A stretch of DNA of 64,000 nucleotides from a virus (IMGVR_UViG_3300045988_101743:19509-83508), one strand, 5' to 3'. Shown: positions 17,031 to 27,358, numbered from the stretch's first letter. Numbers and translations are program-made. The notes: generated by a model not told the origin, from the sequence alone.

Positions 17031-17290
17031 TGCCTACCAAGAAAGACCCTAATTTGTGCGAGACCATAGACTCAGAGGTTTACTCATTGTGCAAGGACAT
17101 ACTGGAGAGGGTGTCACGCTTCAAGGACGCCACCGGTGTTAGCCGTGTCAGCATAGAGACGGAGGACGGCGAGCCTACGATGGAGTTCAACCGCTCCACC
17201 GGAAAGGTTGTCGAGTCCGGCAACCGCCTTCGTGTTAATGTGTTTGTCGACGTCCATGGTGACGGAGACGTAAAGATGGTTACGCTATGA
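17024..17290 (+). CDS. Hypothetical protein, 88 aa.
   Basis: ORF whose stop overlaps the primase start (ATGA). Confidence 0.4.
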   Translation: MLMPTKKDPNLCETIDSEVYSLCKDILERVSRFKDATGVSRVSIETEDGEPTMEFNRSTGKVVESGNRLRVNVFVDVHGDGDVKMVTL

Positions 17291-18840
17291 GTGGGCAGGG
17301 TGCGGTTATCGACCGTCTTGTGGAGCGATTCTACAAGCTGGCCCTCGGCGACGGCTACGGCTTCGCCCAGTTCGCCGTCCCCTGGGGCAGGAAGGAGAGC
17401 GAGTCGTGGCGCAGGAAGAAAATACTGTTCGACGGTGTCATCCGCCAGTTCGCCAAGGACTGCGGCGTCATGGCCATGGACAACAGGCTCTACACTTTCA
17501 ACGGAAAGATATACGAGCCGACGAGCTCCTTCGCCGTGTGCCAGGCGTACGACATCCTCATGTCGAAGCTTGGCATCGCCGACGTCATGAGCAACAAGAC
17601 GCTGCGCAAGGAGGCTTTCCTCGACACCATCGTGGCGTACAACCAGCTTGAGGTGCGTAACGACCTCGTGGCGTTCTCCAACAAGGTTGTGGACTTTAGT
17701 GGGACAAAACCCGTTGAGATGGGCAAGGGCATGTCGTTCGACCCGAAATGGCACGTCCTCGACTACCGCCCATACCGGTACGACCCGTCTGCCAAGGCCC
17801 CCAAGTTCATGGACTATCTGAAATATGTCCTTCCCGACAAGATGGACAGGGACGTACTTCAGATGTTCATGGGCCTCGGCCTTGTCAGGAGCTCGTCTGC
17901 GTTCAAGAACAACAACGGACCGAGGAGCACCGTCGAGCTGTGCCTCGTCATGCTCGGTTCTGGAGCCAACGGAAAGAGCGTCCTGTTCAACATCATGTGC
18001 GCCCTGTTTGGCCGCAACCACATCACGTCCATCGACTACGAGACCATCACGTCGGACGGCGACGAGGGGTTGAGGGGAAGGGCCGCCATCCGCAGCGCGG
18101 TGTTCAACTGGTCGTCGGACTCTGACCCCAAGAAGTTCGGCATGCGCAACACGGCGATGTTCAAGAGGATTGTAAGTGGTGAGCCGTACCCGTACAGGCT
18201 CCTTGGCGAGGACATCAGGGTGTCGAGCAACTGCCCGTACCTCATCTTCTCCCTCAACGAACTGCCGAACATCAACGAGGGCACGCACGGTTTCATAAGG
18301 CGGTTGCAGTTCGTCAATTTCCAAAAGACGGTGCCGAGGTGGAAGCAGAACCCGACGCTGGCCCAGGAGATCATCACGAGCGAGCTGCCCGGCGTGTTCA
18401 ACTGGGTGCTACGCGGAGCGAAGGAGATAAGGCGCCGCAAGTTCCATTTTCCGGCCACGGACGCCAACGTCAAGACGAAGATGCGCTCCCTCCTTCCGAC
18501 GAACCCCGTCTCGGCCTGGTCGCTCGCATACCATGTCAGGGGTACGGCACTCGCGCCCATGGAGCAGTATGTCGAGATGCGCGTCGAGGACCTGTACCAG
18601 AGCCTGGTGCGTTTCGTTGACGACAATGATGGTGGAACTGCCCCGTCCAAGATAGCGTTCAGCAAGTCGTTGCAGAGCCTTGGGTTCACGAAGAAGAGGA
18701 GCGCTGACGGGGTTAGGTACGTGTGCTACGGTGTCTCCGAGAAGGATTTCGGTCAATCGGTGCTGATAGACATGTTCCATGAGGACGACGCCACGCACAA
18801 CTACGCGGAGGACTATGACGCGTTCAACAAGGAGGACTGA
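17287..18840 (+). CDS. DNA primase/helicase, P4/D5-type C-terminal P-loop NTPase, 517 aa.
   Basis: Walker A LGSGANGKSV and downstream motifs typical of phage/plasmid primase-helicases. It is the first gene of the rightward replication module, next to the candidate origin. Confidence 0.7.
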   Translation: MSGQGAVIDRLVERFYKLALGDGYGFAQFAVPWGRKESESWRRKKILFDGVIRQFAKDCGVMAMDNRLYTFNGKIYEPTSSFAVCQAYDILMSKLGIADVMSNKTLRKEAFLDTIVAYNQLEVRNDLVAFSNKVVDFSGTKPVEMGKGMSFDPKWHVLDYRPYRYDPSAKAPKFMDYLKYVLPDKMDRDVLQMFMGLGLVRSSSAFKNNNGPRSTVELCLVMLGSGANGKSVLFNIMCALFGRNHITSIDYETITSDGDEGLRGRAAIRSAVFNWSSDSDPKKFGMRNTAMFKRIVSGEPYPYRLLGEDIRVSSNCPYLIFSLNELPNINEGTHGFIRRLQFVNFQKTVPRWKQNPTLAQEIITSELPGVFNWVLRGAKEIRRRKFHFPATDANVKTKMRSLLPTNPVSAWSLAYHVRGTALAPMEQYVEMRVEDLYQSLVRFVDDNDGGTAPSKIAFSKSLQSLGFTKKRSADGVRYVCYGVSEKDFGQSVLIDMFHEDDATHNYAEDYDAFNKED

Positions 18841-18870
18841 TATTATTTACCGTAATAAATTGATATTGTT

Positions 18871-19404
18871 ATGAAGTTACCGTTTGGAAAGAAAGTTATG
18901 CTTGGAAGCTTCTATGTCTTGAAGCATTCCAGGTCGTTGTCTGCCAAGGAGGCCAAGGCGCTTAGGAAGGCAGAGGGCCTGCCGTCCGAAATCATCAAGG
19001 CCCTCGACAGGCGCTCCCTTCCGTACATAAAGGTTTCCTCTGTGTCGGAGTCTTGGAGCGTTGAGTTTGTCGCCGGCATGTGCATGTACGATGCCATTGA
19101 CGAGATTGATGTCGCTATCGACGGCGAAGGCATCTACACGTACTATGGCGAGGCTTACAAGACCATGGGCAGCATCATCAATGGATGGATGGCCTACACG
19201 TCGACTGTTGGCGATGTCGAGTACCAGGCCGATGTGGTGAAGGCCATGCAGGCGTACCTGAAGCGCGCCGCAGAAAAGGGCAAGGAGCCTTTGCCAAGAG
19301 AGGAGAGCGAGAAGGCCGTCGAGGAGACCGCTTCCGTTGAGGAGCGTATCCGTACCCTCGGCGAGATGGGAAAATGTGCCGCCGCAAAAATCAACATACC
19401 ATGA
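18871..19404 (+). CDS. Hypothetical protein, 177 aa.
   Basis: ORF with coherent coding signal. Confidence 0.45.
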   Translation: MKLPFGKKVMLGSFYVLKHSRSLSAKEAKALRKAEGLPSEIIKALDRRSLPYIKVSSVSESWSVEFVAGMCMYDAIDEIDVAIDGEGIYTYYGEAYKTMGSIINGWMAYTSTVGDVEYQADVVKAMQAYLKRAAEKGKEPLPREESEKAVEETASVEERIRTLGEMGKCAAAKINIP

Positions 19405-19700
19405 TTAGTGCGGACAGGATACTCGATATGGCCGAGGACAAGGCGGCTGTCGAGACGTGGATGATGACCATCGCCCACGGGATAGAGACAGGTGTGATGC
19501 CGCGCCATTTCATCACATTTCATGATGATTGGTTGACGGACTTGGCGCAACAGGTTGAGGACGGCTTGAAAAGCTTGGTGTCAAGATGCCGAAAGACGAT
19601 TAGTTGTCATATATACAACAAGACGCCACGAGCATCACTGCCCACGGCGCCCATGAATATTAACCAATTAAATTTATACGTTTTATGGATACGTATGTGA
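19401..19700 (+). CDS. Hypothetical protein, about 99 aa (start MISADRIL; ATGA overlap with the upstream stop).
   Basis: ORF; the in-frame ATG at 19401 is preferred over 19374. Confidence 0.35.
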   Translation: MISADRILDMAEDKAAVETWMMTIAHGIETGVMPRHFITFHDDWLTDLAQQVEDGLKSLVSRCRKTISCHIYNKTPRASLPTAPMNINQLNLYVLWIRM

Positions 19701-19710
19701 TTATGTATTT

Positions 19711-19737
19711 GCAAAGGTATCGCTTTTTTGCCTTTGA
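19711..19737. terminator. Possible bidirectional terminator between convergent genes.
   Basis: Hairpin caaagg...cctttg with an internal T6 loop between 19700(+) and 19748(-). Confidence 0.3.
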
Positions 19738-19747
19738 AGCAAGCGTT

Positions 19748-20248
19748 TCACCGTTTTTTCTCCTTCTTGTTTTGGTAAATTAAGCATTCTTCACATCTTG
19801 TCGGGTAGTGGACTGGTACGAAGTACTGTATAGGCTTCTCGTCCACCTTGATGTCGTCCTGCTTGATTTTGGCGTATTCGGCGATGGCCTTTGTCATGTC
19901 CGTCCACTCCTTCGATCCGCTCTTGTACCTCTTTCGAGCCTTCACGAGGTCGCTGAGTATCTTTTCCTTGGACGTCTCCTTGTTGAGCTCTGCGAGGTCT
20001 ATCTCCTCGTCTTTCGAGCCTGTTATGCGAGCGACGATGGCCTCGCTGTTCTCGTAGCTTGTCATCAGCTTCTGTTGCTGCGGCCTTGAGTATGTGCTAT
20101 ACAGGCGCCCGAAAGACACATAGAACGCGTCCGACTTGTTCCAGCCAGCCCTTCTTAGGTCCGCATACATCAGCTCCTCTACGCTGTATATTCCAGTCTT
20201 ATCGAGCTCCTTTTGCAATGTCACAGAAATTTGGAATCGCTCTTCCAT
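19748..20248 (-). CDS. Hypothetical protein, 166 aa (function unknown; its position would allow a small terminase-like or head-module role).
   Basis: ORF at the distal end of the leftward terminase-portal block. Confidence 0.45.
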   Translation of the reverse strand: MEERFQISVTLQKELDKTGIYSVEELMYADLRRAGWNKSDAFYVSFGRLYSTYSRPQQQKLMTSYENSEAIVARITGSKDEEIDLAELNKETSKEKILSDLVKARKRYKSGSKEWTDMTKAIAEYAKIKQDDIKVDEKPIQYFVPVHYPTRCEECLIYQNKKEKKR

Positions 20249-20263
20249 AATGTATCCTTTCTT

Positions 20264-21052
20264 TTATTCCTTGTTTTTCAAAATATCTTTCTCATCGAAA
20301 ACGTACGTTACCCAGCAACAGCATCTTGAGTGGTACAATGGTGGCGGGTCGTTCTTGTCGTTCATCTTGTGGAAGCGCTCGGCGTGGCTGTCGCACAGCT
20401 CGCATGGGTAGGTGGAGCCCCTGTGCGGTATGAACCCAATGGCACCGTTTCGCCTTGCATAGTTGTACTCCTCCTTGCTCCACGCTATCGCCACTGTCCC
20501 TTGTGCGTTCCTTACGATATTCTGGTATGCAGAACGATATACGCCTCGTCCGTACGACGGGGTGTCAATGCGCTCTCCGGCTGCGGACGCTTTGGATATC
20601 ACGCCTCCGACATACGGGTCCTTGTACTCTGAAATGGCTGTTGATTTCGCGTCATCGTCTGACATCTTCATCCTCTTTGCCGCGAACAGTATCTTGACAA
20701 CATCGTTAAAGAAATACTCCATATAGCTCTCGCTTCTATCCCTGAACGTCCGACCGAAGATGTTTGAACGCAACAATCTACCAACAGCGCCAGTGTTCTT
20801 GTCTCCAACTATGGATATGCTGGCCTTTGAATACTCTACGATATACGCGTCAATATCCTCCTTCGCCTTGCTTATCGACGAGTTCGCCTTTGTCCTCACG
20901 GTTCGCGAGAAGACGGTCAGCGACGACGACACCCTGACACCATTTGCAGCGTCAGCGATGTCCTCCGCCAATGAAGAGAGAATTTCGTCTATATGGGCTT
21001 GGACGTTCCTTTCCGCCTGCTTCCTCTTTGAAGCTATAACCTTTCCGTCCAT
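20264..21052 (-). CDS. Putative minor head / head morphogenesis protein (Mu gpF / SPP1 gp7-like position), 262 aa, with a C-terminal Cys/His cluster.
   Basis: Lies immediately downstream of the portal on the same strand. C-terminus reads HRGSTYPCELCDSHAERFHK...HSRCCC. Confidence 0.35.
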   Translation of the reverse strand: MDGKVIASKRKQAERNVQAHIDEILSSLAEDIADAANGVRVSSSLTVFSRTVRTKANSSISKAKEDIDAYIVEYSKASISIVGDKNTGAVGRLLRSNIFGRTFRDRSESYMEYFFNDVVKILFAAKRMKMSDDDAKSTAISEYKDPYVGGVISKASAAGERIDTPSYGRGVYRSAYQNIVRNAQGTVAIAWSKEEYNYARRNGAIGFIPHRGSTYPCELCDSHAERFHKMNDKNDPPPLYHSRCCCWVTYVFDEKDILKNKE

Positions 21053-22764
21053 TACTTATGCTTGTCGTTCCAGTCTTTCCAGTTGTTTTTGTCGTCAACA
21101 GGATTATTGCCGTTCTCATCCCACTTCTTCCCCGACTTGTTTGGGCGGCCAGGCTTTCTTCCGCTTCCTGTATTGATGTCGTTTCCTGACTGTCCGCGGT
21201 TGAGCCTTGCCTGCGCTTCCTGCTCCTCGATAGCGTTCTCCGTCTCTGCGTCTCCGCGCTGGATGTCGAGAAGAAGGTCTTGCTCCTGCTCTTCTTTCTT
21301 TTCCTTGACTATGCGTCCGTACTCGTCGTTCTTCGGGTATTGCGGGCAACGCTCTGACGCTGTCTGGTGCGACAGGAAGCCGTTCTGAACAGCGGTGGCG
21401 ATGTTCGTAATCTCCTCCGTGTAGTTCTCGTGTACGTAAGCCTGTATGTACGCATAGATAGGGAGAGCCATCATTGTAGCGATGTTGTTGTTCTTGTATC
21501 CAGTCTGATACTTGGCCACGCGAACAAGCGACACGAGGAACGGTTGGAGATGCTGGGCGTCATTCATGGCGCACTCGATGGCCGGCGAGTACAGTAGCTT
21601 TAGGGCCACACCGGGAAGGTCTCCAGATTTCAGCTCGGGAGGCTTTACGGTAAACGAAAGCTCGTATATGAGGTTGTAAGCCTTGTCGAGCTGTGTCGCG
21701 AACGCCTGCGACGCGTCCGTTCCGTTCAGGAAGCCCGCCTTTGCGTCAGGGTCGGTTATCGCGAGTGCCTTGACGGCCCCGTTCATATTCCCCTCGACCT
21801 GCAAGTCCTCTCCTTCTCCTTGGTAGTAGAAGATTGGGAACGCGTACGCCTCGTTGTTCTCGCAAAGATGCGAGAAAGCCTCCTCGTAGTCCTCAATAAG
21901 CTTCTGAACCGGCGACCAGCATGGCCCGTCGTCCCTTCTTGCGTACGCAACGGGAATAAACGGGAATCCGTGTTCCTTCTTTGACACGAAATGAAATCCG
22001 CTTACAACATAGTCGTCTCCGATTTCGTAAATAAGATTGTCATCACTCTTCCCGTCAATCTTCTTGTTGAACCGGTATAGGTACTTGTCATCCCACACCT
22101 CCAACCATTCAGTCTTGCTCCTTCCGTCGATTTCGTAGTCGCGGTACGAGCGCCCAAAGACCATCAGGTCTCCCGTGACAGAATCAAACTGCGGATAAAG
22201 AGTGTCTCCGTTGAGGAACGACAGTGTTTTCACTCCAGGCCGTTTGTCCTTTGTTATAAAACCGACGATAGCGCAGTCAGCGGTGACGTTCCAGGAGTGT
22301 ATGGCCTCGAAGAAACGTGTTTCCACGTCCATGTCGGACCACATCCGTTTGAATGACGACAGATGCTCCTGGTTCATCTCCTCTTGCGAATCACCGTCTC
22401 GTCCTTGAGAAATCTCAAACTGCACATCGTTTCCTGTCAGATGCACGTCATGCTTTCCAGATATTAGCTTTTGGAAAGCGAACGCGGAGCGCTTGATCGG
22501 CTGCCTGTACACTTTCCCAGACACTGGGTCTTTCTTCCATATATCTGGATATTCCATAGGGTCGTTAATCCTATGGCCGCTTGGGAAAAACTCCCTAAGG
22601 AAATCCTGTTGCGTCTTGATGCACACCCTTAGGCTGTCTTCCGGCATAGCGACATCTGAATTTACTATCTCTATCTCTTCCCTGCCCTTTGCGAGATAAC
22701 CCGTGGGCGTGACGATGTACCATGGTTTTTTGGTACACACTTCCCTTCTCATTGAAACATCCAT
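21052..22764 (-). CDS. Putative portal protein, about 570 aa (start trimmed to M30 to avoid a 100-nt overlap with terL).
   Basis: Large ORF immediately downstream of the terminase large subunit; its size and position are typical of a portal. No sequence motif confirms the call. Confidence 0.45.
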   Translation of the reverse strand: MDVSMRREVCTKKPWYIVTPTGYLAKGREEIEIVNSDVAMPEDSLRVCIKTQQDFLREFFPSGHRINDPMEYPDIWKKDPVSGKVYRQPIKRSAFAFQKLISGKHDVHLTGNDVQFEISQGRDGDSQEEMNQEHLSSFKRMWSDMDVETRFFEAIHSWNVTADCAIVGFITKDKRPGVKTLSFLNGDTLYPQFDSVTGDLMVFGRSYRDYEIDGRSKTEWLEVWDDKYLYRFNKKIDGKSDDNLIYEIGDDYVVSGFHFVSKKEHGFPFIPVAYARRDDGPCWSPVQKLIEDYEEAFSHLCENNEAYAFPIFYYQGEGEDLQVEGNMNGAVKALAITDPDAKAGFLNGTDASQAFATQLDKAYNLIYELSFTVKPPELKSGDLPGVALKLLYSPAIECAMNDAQHLQPFLVSLVRVAKYQTGYKNNNIATMMALPIYAYIQAYVHENYTEEITNIATAVQNGFLSHQTASERCPQYPKNDEYGRIVKEKKEEQEQDLLLDIQRGDAETENAIEEQEAQARLNRGQSGNDINTGSGRKPGRPNKSGKKWDENGNNPVDDKNNWKDWNDKHK

Positions 22765-24416
22765 AGATTCTTTACTTTTTTGTGTTTTTTTCTTGATAGC
22801 TTCGCTGGGTATTCCCAATAGTAGCAAGACTCGATGAAGTCCGGGGACCATCCGACATACCTCTTGGCGATTTTCTTCTGCAACACCCTGAAACCACGGT
22901 CGTCTCCTCCCTCGTCGCGCCTGATGGCCTTTCTCTCCTTTTGCAGTATCCTCTCAAGAGTCCAGTTCTTGAATCCGTTTCCGGAGAATTTTCGTTCGAG
23001 GATTGAGCGTTCGATAGATATTCTGCCGTTCTTTATGTCCTCATAGAACATGAAGGCGCATTGGCTCTTTAGGTCCTTGTATAGGAATTTAATTCCATCA
23101 CGCTCCTCGCGTGTCAGCGCGATTGGCGCGAGCTGGTTGTTGAACGGCATCGCGTCTGGGAAAAATCCCTTGAAATACTGTCCGATACCCTGCATATCGT
23201 ATGTAAAATTCTTTTCCTCAACCCCCCATTCTCTCAACTTGGCTTGCACAACGGACACGACGGTCTTTGAGTCAAGGCGCATTACGACGATGTCCTGGAT
23301 ATGATTTCCGACCCACAGCCACATCACGAAATTATCACCTCCTGTGAAAGCAATGTCAGCAGAAGCCCTTCGTATGCCATCTCCTGTCTGCACGGAGTTA
23401 CGGAAGAACGCCTCCATGTCCTCGTACTTAATCATGTCGTCTCCTGCCGCCTTCCAGTTCCAGTTGGCCTGCAAGTCGCGCATTCTCTGCTCCTCATCCT
23501 GCTGTGCGAGGTTTCCAAGATAAGATGGGTCAGACGACAATAGCTTGATGTTTTCTGAAAGGTCTGCGCGTATGAACGTGACCGACTTGATTGTAACGTC
23601 AAGCTTCGTCATCCCAAGCCTTGAGTACACCTCATCGTATTGCTCGTTCCAAATCGAGTCGATGATCGGCGCACATTGGTCGTACACCTCCTCGCGTGTG
23701 CTTCCCCAGTATATTGAGTCTGGAGAATCGCCATCCATGTAGCAGTATCGGATCACGCCGCATCGCTCTGGAATGGCGTAACCGTCATCGTCAATCCACC
23801 AGTCGATGAATTTTCTAACCCAAGAGTCCGGATCAGGGTTGCATGTTCCCCAAAATCGAGACCGAAGACCAGATGCGTTACGGTTAACCGTTGTCAGGTA
23901 TTTGAACTTCTTGTATTCGCACTGCGTTATCTCGTCTATGCCGACATAGGAGTACTGGCGCCCTTGAAACCTGTCCTTGAACGATTGGTAGTTTCCTCCG
24001 TAGTATGAGAATTTCAGCCACCCTCCATTGTTGAAGTTCCAGGTCATGTCGTTGATGGACTTGTTGTATATGCCAAAGTCCGAGTATAGCTTGTATGAGT
24101 CGTTGATGAGAGAGTCGAGGTCTTTCGTTTCCTTACGGAGCAACAAGGCTGTAAATCCAGACGCGGTTATGTCGTATAGCGACTGCATAAGCATAGAGAA
24201 AGATTTTGAGCCTCCACGAGAGCCTCCGCCAATCAATATGTCAACATTTGTGGCAAGCATTTTCTCTTGCGCTCCCTTCTGGGCAATGAACACCCTGAGC
24301 GTCCCAGGATGCTTCATATCCTCATCCCTGAGCGCCTGTATATATTCCTGCGTAAATACCGGAGAACCGTCCGGCATGAAATATCCTGAGTATTTGTTAT
24401 CCTCAAATATCTGCAT
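22749..24416 (-). CDS. terL: Terminase large subunit, about 555 aa (alternative start at 24476).
   Basis: ATPase Walker A ILIGGGSRGGSKS and Walker B YSYVGIDEITQ, followed by a long nuclease-type C-terminal domain. An AT-rich promoter-like stretch at 24417-24476 favours the ATG at 24414-24416. Confidence 0.8.
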   Translation of the reverse strand: MQIFEDNKYSGYFMPDGSPVFTQEYIQALRDEDMKHPGTLRVFIAQKGAQEKMLATNVDILIGGGSRGGSKSFSMLMQSLYDITASGFTALLLRKETKDLDSLINDSYKLYSDFGIYNKSINDMTWNFNNGGWLKFSYYGGNYQSFKDRFQGRQYSYVGIDEITQCEYKKFKYLTTVNRNASGLRSRFWGTCNPDPDSWVRKFIDWWIDDDGYAIPERCGVIRYCYMDGDSPDSIYWGSTREEVYDQCAPIIDSIWNEQYDEVYSRLGMTKLDVTIKSVTFIRADLSENIKLLSSDPSYLGNLAQQDEEQRMRDLQANWNWKAAGDDMIKYEDMEAFFRNSVQTGDGIRRASADIAFTGGDNFVMWLWVGNHIQDIVVMRLDSKTVVSVVQAKLREWGVEEKNFTYDMQGIGQYFKGFFPDAMPFNNQLAPIALTREERDGIKFLYKDLKSQCAFMFYEDIKNGRISIERSILERKFSGNGFKNWTLERILQKERKAIRRDEGGDDRGFRVLQKKIAKRYVGWSPDFIESCYYWEYPAKLSRKKHKKVKNLWMFQ

Positions 24417-24543
24417 ATTTGTACTATAATGTTGCAAATATATTAAAAATAATTTGGATATTGTGTTTTTATGCACTATATTTGCAGATGTAATATATTT
24501 TTACGTCCATATATAGCAATCGCGCAATCAGAGGATTGAGCAT

Positions 24544-24617
24544 AGCGGAGTGGCAGCAGTGGTAGCTCGCTTGCCTCATGAGCAAGAGGTCGTTGGTTCG
24601 ATTCCATCCTCCGCAAC
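24544..24617 (+). tRNA. tRNA-like gene with anticodon CAU (Met / initiator / Ile2-type); non-canonical D-arm.
   Basis: T-arm GTTGG-TTCGATT-CCATC. Anticodon stem-loop CTTGC-CTCATGA-GCAAG is perfect, with anticodon CAT at 24577-24579. The acceptor stem GCGGAG/CTCCGC has 6 bp and an A1:A72 mismatch. The D-stem shows only 3 bp and position 8 is G. No encoded CCA. Confidence 0.5.
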
Positions 24618-24676
24618 AAGAGTAAAAAGATAAAACCTGGAAACACCAGGTTCAGGATAACAAACTTTTTAACACA

Positions 24677-25363
24677 ATGGAATTTGAAAAAATCGTTTCC
24701 ACAATTTTAGAGAAGTCTGGAAAAACCGACGTATCGAAAGCAACCGTGACCATGTTGGCAAAGCTTCTCCCCGTCGCAGACGGCGCTGAGCCTGACGAGG
24801 AGTATTTCGACAAGATGGTCAACGCTGTCAAGAGTGTGCAGGGTAACGTAAACAACGTTATGAGCGCAAAAGTCACCGAGCAGGTCAACGCCAAGGTGTC
24901 CGAGGAGCTGTCCAAGCGACGCAAGAAACCTAAGGACGACGAGAGCGAGAAGCTTGAAAGCGATGACGATATGCCAAAGTGGGCCAAGGAGATGCGTGAG
25001 ACACTCCGGAGCTTCACCGAGGAGAGGCAGCGTGAGAAGGCCGAAAGAAGCAAGAAAGAGTTGCTTGAATCGGTCAAAAAGCGCTTGGAGGAGAAGTTCG
25101 ACGAGGGTGGCCTCAAGCTGAACGGATTCTTTGCGAAATCAGCGCTCTCTAAACTTGATATTCCTGAAAAGGATGCAGATGTAAAGGCTCTCGCCGATGA
25201 GGCGGAGAGAATCTACAACAGGGACCTCAAGGAAGCCGGTATTTCCATCGACTCGCCTCATGCTGGCGGGAATAGTGGAGGAAGTGGTGGTAAAGGAGAC
25301 GATGAGCACGCATTCGACGACGTGGCCAAGGTTGTCAGTCGCTTCAGGCCCAAGCAAGATTGA
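24677..25363 (+). CDS. Putative scaffolding protein (charged, K/E-rich, predicted coiled-coil), 228 aa.
   Basis: Composition and position just upstream of the capsid genes. Confidence 0.45.
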   Translation: MEFEKIVSTILEKSGKTDVSKATVTMLAKLLPVADGAEPDEEYFDKMVNAVKSVQGNVNNVMSAKVTEQVNAKVSEELSKRRKKPKDDESEKLESDDDMPKWAKEMRETLRSFTEERQREKAERSKKELLESVKKRLEEKFDEGGLKLNGFFAKSALSKLDIPEKDADVKALADEAERIYNRDLKEAGISIDSPHAGGNSGGSGGKGDDEHAFDDVAKVVSRFRPKQD

Positions 25364-25390
25364 TTATTTACAATTTAACAAAATTTTGCT

Positions 25391-26143
25391 ATGACAGAAC
25401 TTGACTTTTATCAGCAGAGGATTTTGAACAGTGGCGTTTTTCACGGCACGGTTCTCGTCCAGGCTCATGGCGAGATTGGCGGAACACGCAACGTATTCGT
25501 GAAGTTGCAGTCAAGCGCCAAGAACGGCCTTGTGTATCCCACCATCGGCGGCGTGCTCAAGAATTCGTTCAAGGGCAACGCCAAGATCTTCGCAGGAGAC
25601 CTTATCGAGTATGACCCTGGCATTGAGACTGACTCGGGTGCCACAGTAAAGGTTATGAAGACGTACCAGGTGGCCGCAGCCGTGACATCTGCGCAGACTG
25701 TGCAGATCGTACGCGACGGCTTCAAGCACATTCCGTTTGTAGGCGATTTCCTTATGGTGGCGCCCACAAAGATTGACGGGACAGGGACCGCAGTGACAGT
25801 CACTGGCGTGGAGGCAAAGACCGACAGTGCAAACGGCGACGTATGGGAGCTGTCGTTATCAGCCGCAATCACCGCAAAAAAGGGTGATGTCCTTGTGGAA
25901 GCATCCGCTGGCACAGGTACTGTAAAGGCCGTCGTGACCAATCCCAACGCATACGCCCCGAGTGACGCAGATTTCGTTTACAACCCAGCAGCGTCAAATG
26001 ACGACTTCGAGGGCGCCCGCTATCTCTTCACACCTTGCTTGGCAGACCCTGGCACCATCCTCTACAAGTGCAAGATGTCTCCCACCCCAGCAAGCGTATT
26101 GGCAATGAACAAGAGCAACGTGCCTGGCTGGTTCGCTATTTAA
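25391..26143 (+). CDS. Head structural protein (decoration/capsid-associated?), 250 aa.
   Basis: ORF in the head module. Confidence 0.4.
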   Translation: MTELDFYQQRILNSGVFHGTVLVQAHGEIGGTRNVFVKLQSSAKNGLVYPTIGGVLKNSFKGNAKIFAGDLIEYDPGIETDSGATVKVMKTYQVAAAVTSAQTVQIVRDGFKHIPFVGDFLMVAPTKIDGTGTAVTVTGVEAKTDSANGDVWELSLSAAITAKKGDVLVEASAGTGTVKAVVTNPNAYAPSDADFVYNPAASNDDFEGARYLFTPCLADPGTILYKCKMSPTPASVLAMNKSNVPGWFAI

Positions 26144-26166
26144 CCACAACCTAAAAAGTAAGCACT

Positions 26167-27339
26167 ATGGCAAAGTATAATTTCAACTACTCAAGATACG
26201 CCAAGTTCTTCTCTTCACCAGAGAACTCAAGGTTCTTGCAGTCATACCTTGACAACAAGGATTTGTTCTGCACCAACTACGGTTGGTATAAGACACAGGG
26301 CCGACTTGCTCCAGCAGAGACACCCGTCAGTCATGACGGAACCGCAGTGTTCATGTGCAAGTCGCGCAAGTTGAAGGCCGCTCATCTTATGGACCTCCGC
26401 GCTCCTCTTGGAGACAGCAATCTCGGTGACACTTCAAACATGAAGTTTTATACGGCTTCCATCCCAGACTTCATCGCTGACGGAATGAAGGAGACCGCTA
26501 CAGAGAGAGACTACAAGGTTCAGCTCTACGAGACCTTCGGAAACGACGCAGACATCGTTGCCGCCTATACCGAGAACCTTCAGGAGCGTTTCAACCAGGT
26601 TGACGCGACTATGTCTTGGATGACGGCCAAGCTCATGACTACCGCCAAGTTGGATTACACCAACATTGGCCGTGGCATCCAGCTTCCCTTGCATAAGGCT
26701 GAGGTTCCTCCTGAGAACTTCCTGAAGGCTGGCGCAAAGGCGTGGGCAGACGAGAGCTGCCAGCTTCTGACACAGCTTCGCAAGATGGAACAGGATATCC
26801 GTCACAGAATGGGCGACTATGGAGGCCCCATGGTTATCCAGATGACACAAAACGACTTCCTTAACGTGTTCTTGAAGAACAAAGAGGTTCGCGCGTTCGT
26901 TTCCGACTATCGCAAGCTCAACTACCTCGCAAGCACACAGAACATACCTGTTCTCAGCTCAGAGTGGAACAAGGCTCGTGTAGACCTTGAGGGCGTGTCT
27001 CCCATCGAGCTTGTTGTCGAGAAGGAAGTCAACAAGACGCACACTAAGGAAGAGTCTGTAAACGGCTGGGCAGACGGCACAGTGGTGTTCCGTCCGGCAG
27101 GAGACGCCGTTGAGTTCGAGCGCAAGCAAATTCTCGACGAGCGTATGATACGCATGTATGGAGCCAAGGGTATCACTGCCGTCATCGGTCATGCGAACGA
27201 TGGGTTGTCTACCGTCATAAACACGACCATGGACAACGGTCGCTTTAGAGAGTGGCAGACGGATGTCATGATGTCGGCTTGCCCGGCATTGGTGAACTTC
27301 CCCAACCACTACATCATCGACATTACAAAGGCTGGTTAA
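26167..27339 (+). CDS. Putative major capsid protein, 390 aa.
   Basis: Size and position after the scaffold. No motif-level confirmation is possible by eye. Confidence 0.5.
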   Translation: MAKYNFNYSRYAKFFSSPENSRFLQSYLDNKDLFCTNYGWYKTQGRLAPAETPVSHDGTAVFMCKSRKLKAAHLMDLRAPLGDSNLGDTSNMKFYTASIPDFIADGMKETATERDYKVQLYETFGNDADIVAAYTENLQERFNQVDATMSWMTAKLMTTAKLDYTNIGRGIQLPLHKAEVPPENFLKAGAKAWADESCQLLTQLRKMEQDIRHRMGDYGGPMVIQMTQNDFLNVFLKNKEVRAFVSDYRKLNYLASTQNIPVLSSEWNKARVDLEGVSPIELVVEKEVNKTHTKEESVNGWADGTVVFRPAGDAVEFERKQILDERMIRMYGAKGITAVIGHANDGLSTVINTTMDNGRFREWQTDVMMSACPALVNFPNHYIIDITKAG

Positions 27340-27358
27340 CTAATAAGAATCGCTACGT

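Noticed and set aside
17291-18798. Alternative-frame ORFs inside the primase gene (17291..17590, 17748..18125, 18036..18689, 18409..18798)
   Set aside because: They are embedded in, or antisense to, the 517-aa P-loop primase-helicase ORF in a GC-rich stretch, so they are spurious.
22749-22851. 100-nt overlap between terminase large subunit and portal ORFs
   Set aside because: It is more simply explained by the portal starting at the internal Met (about 22764), just after the terL stop, than by a real long overlap.
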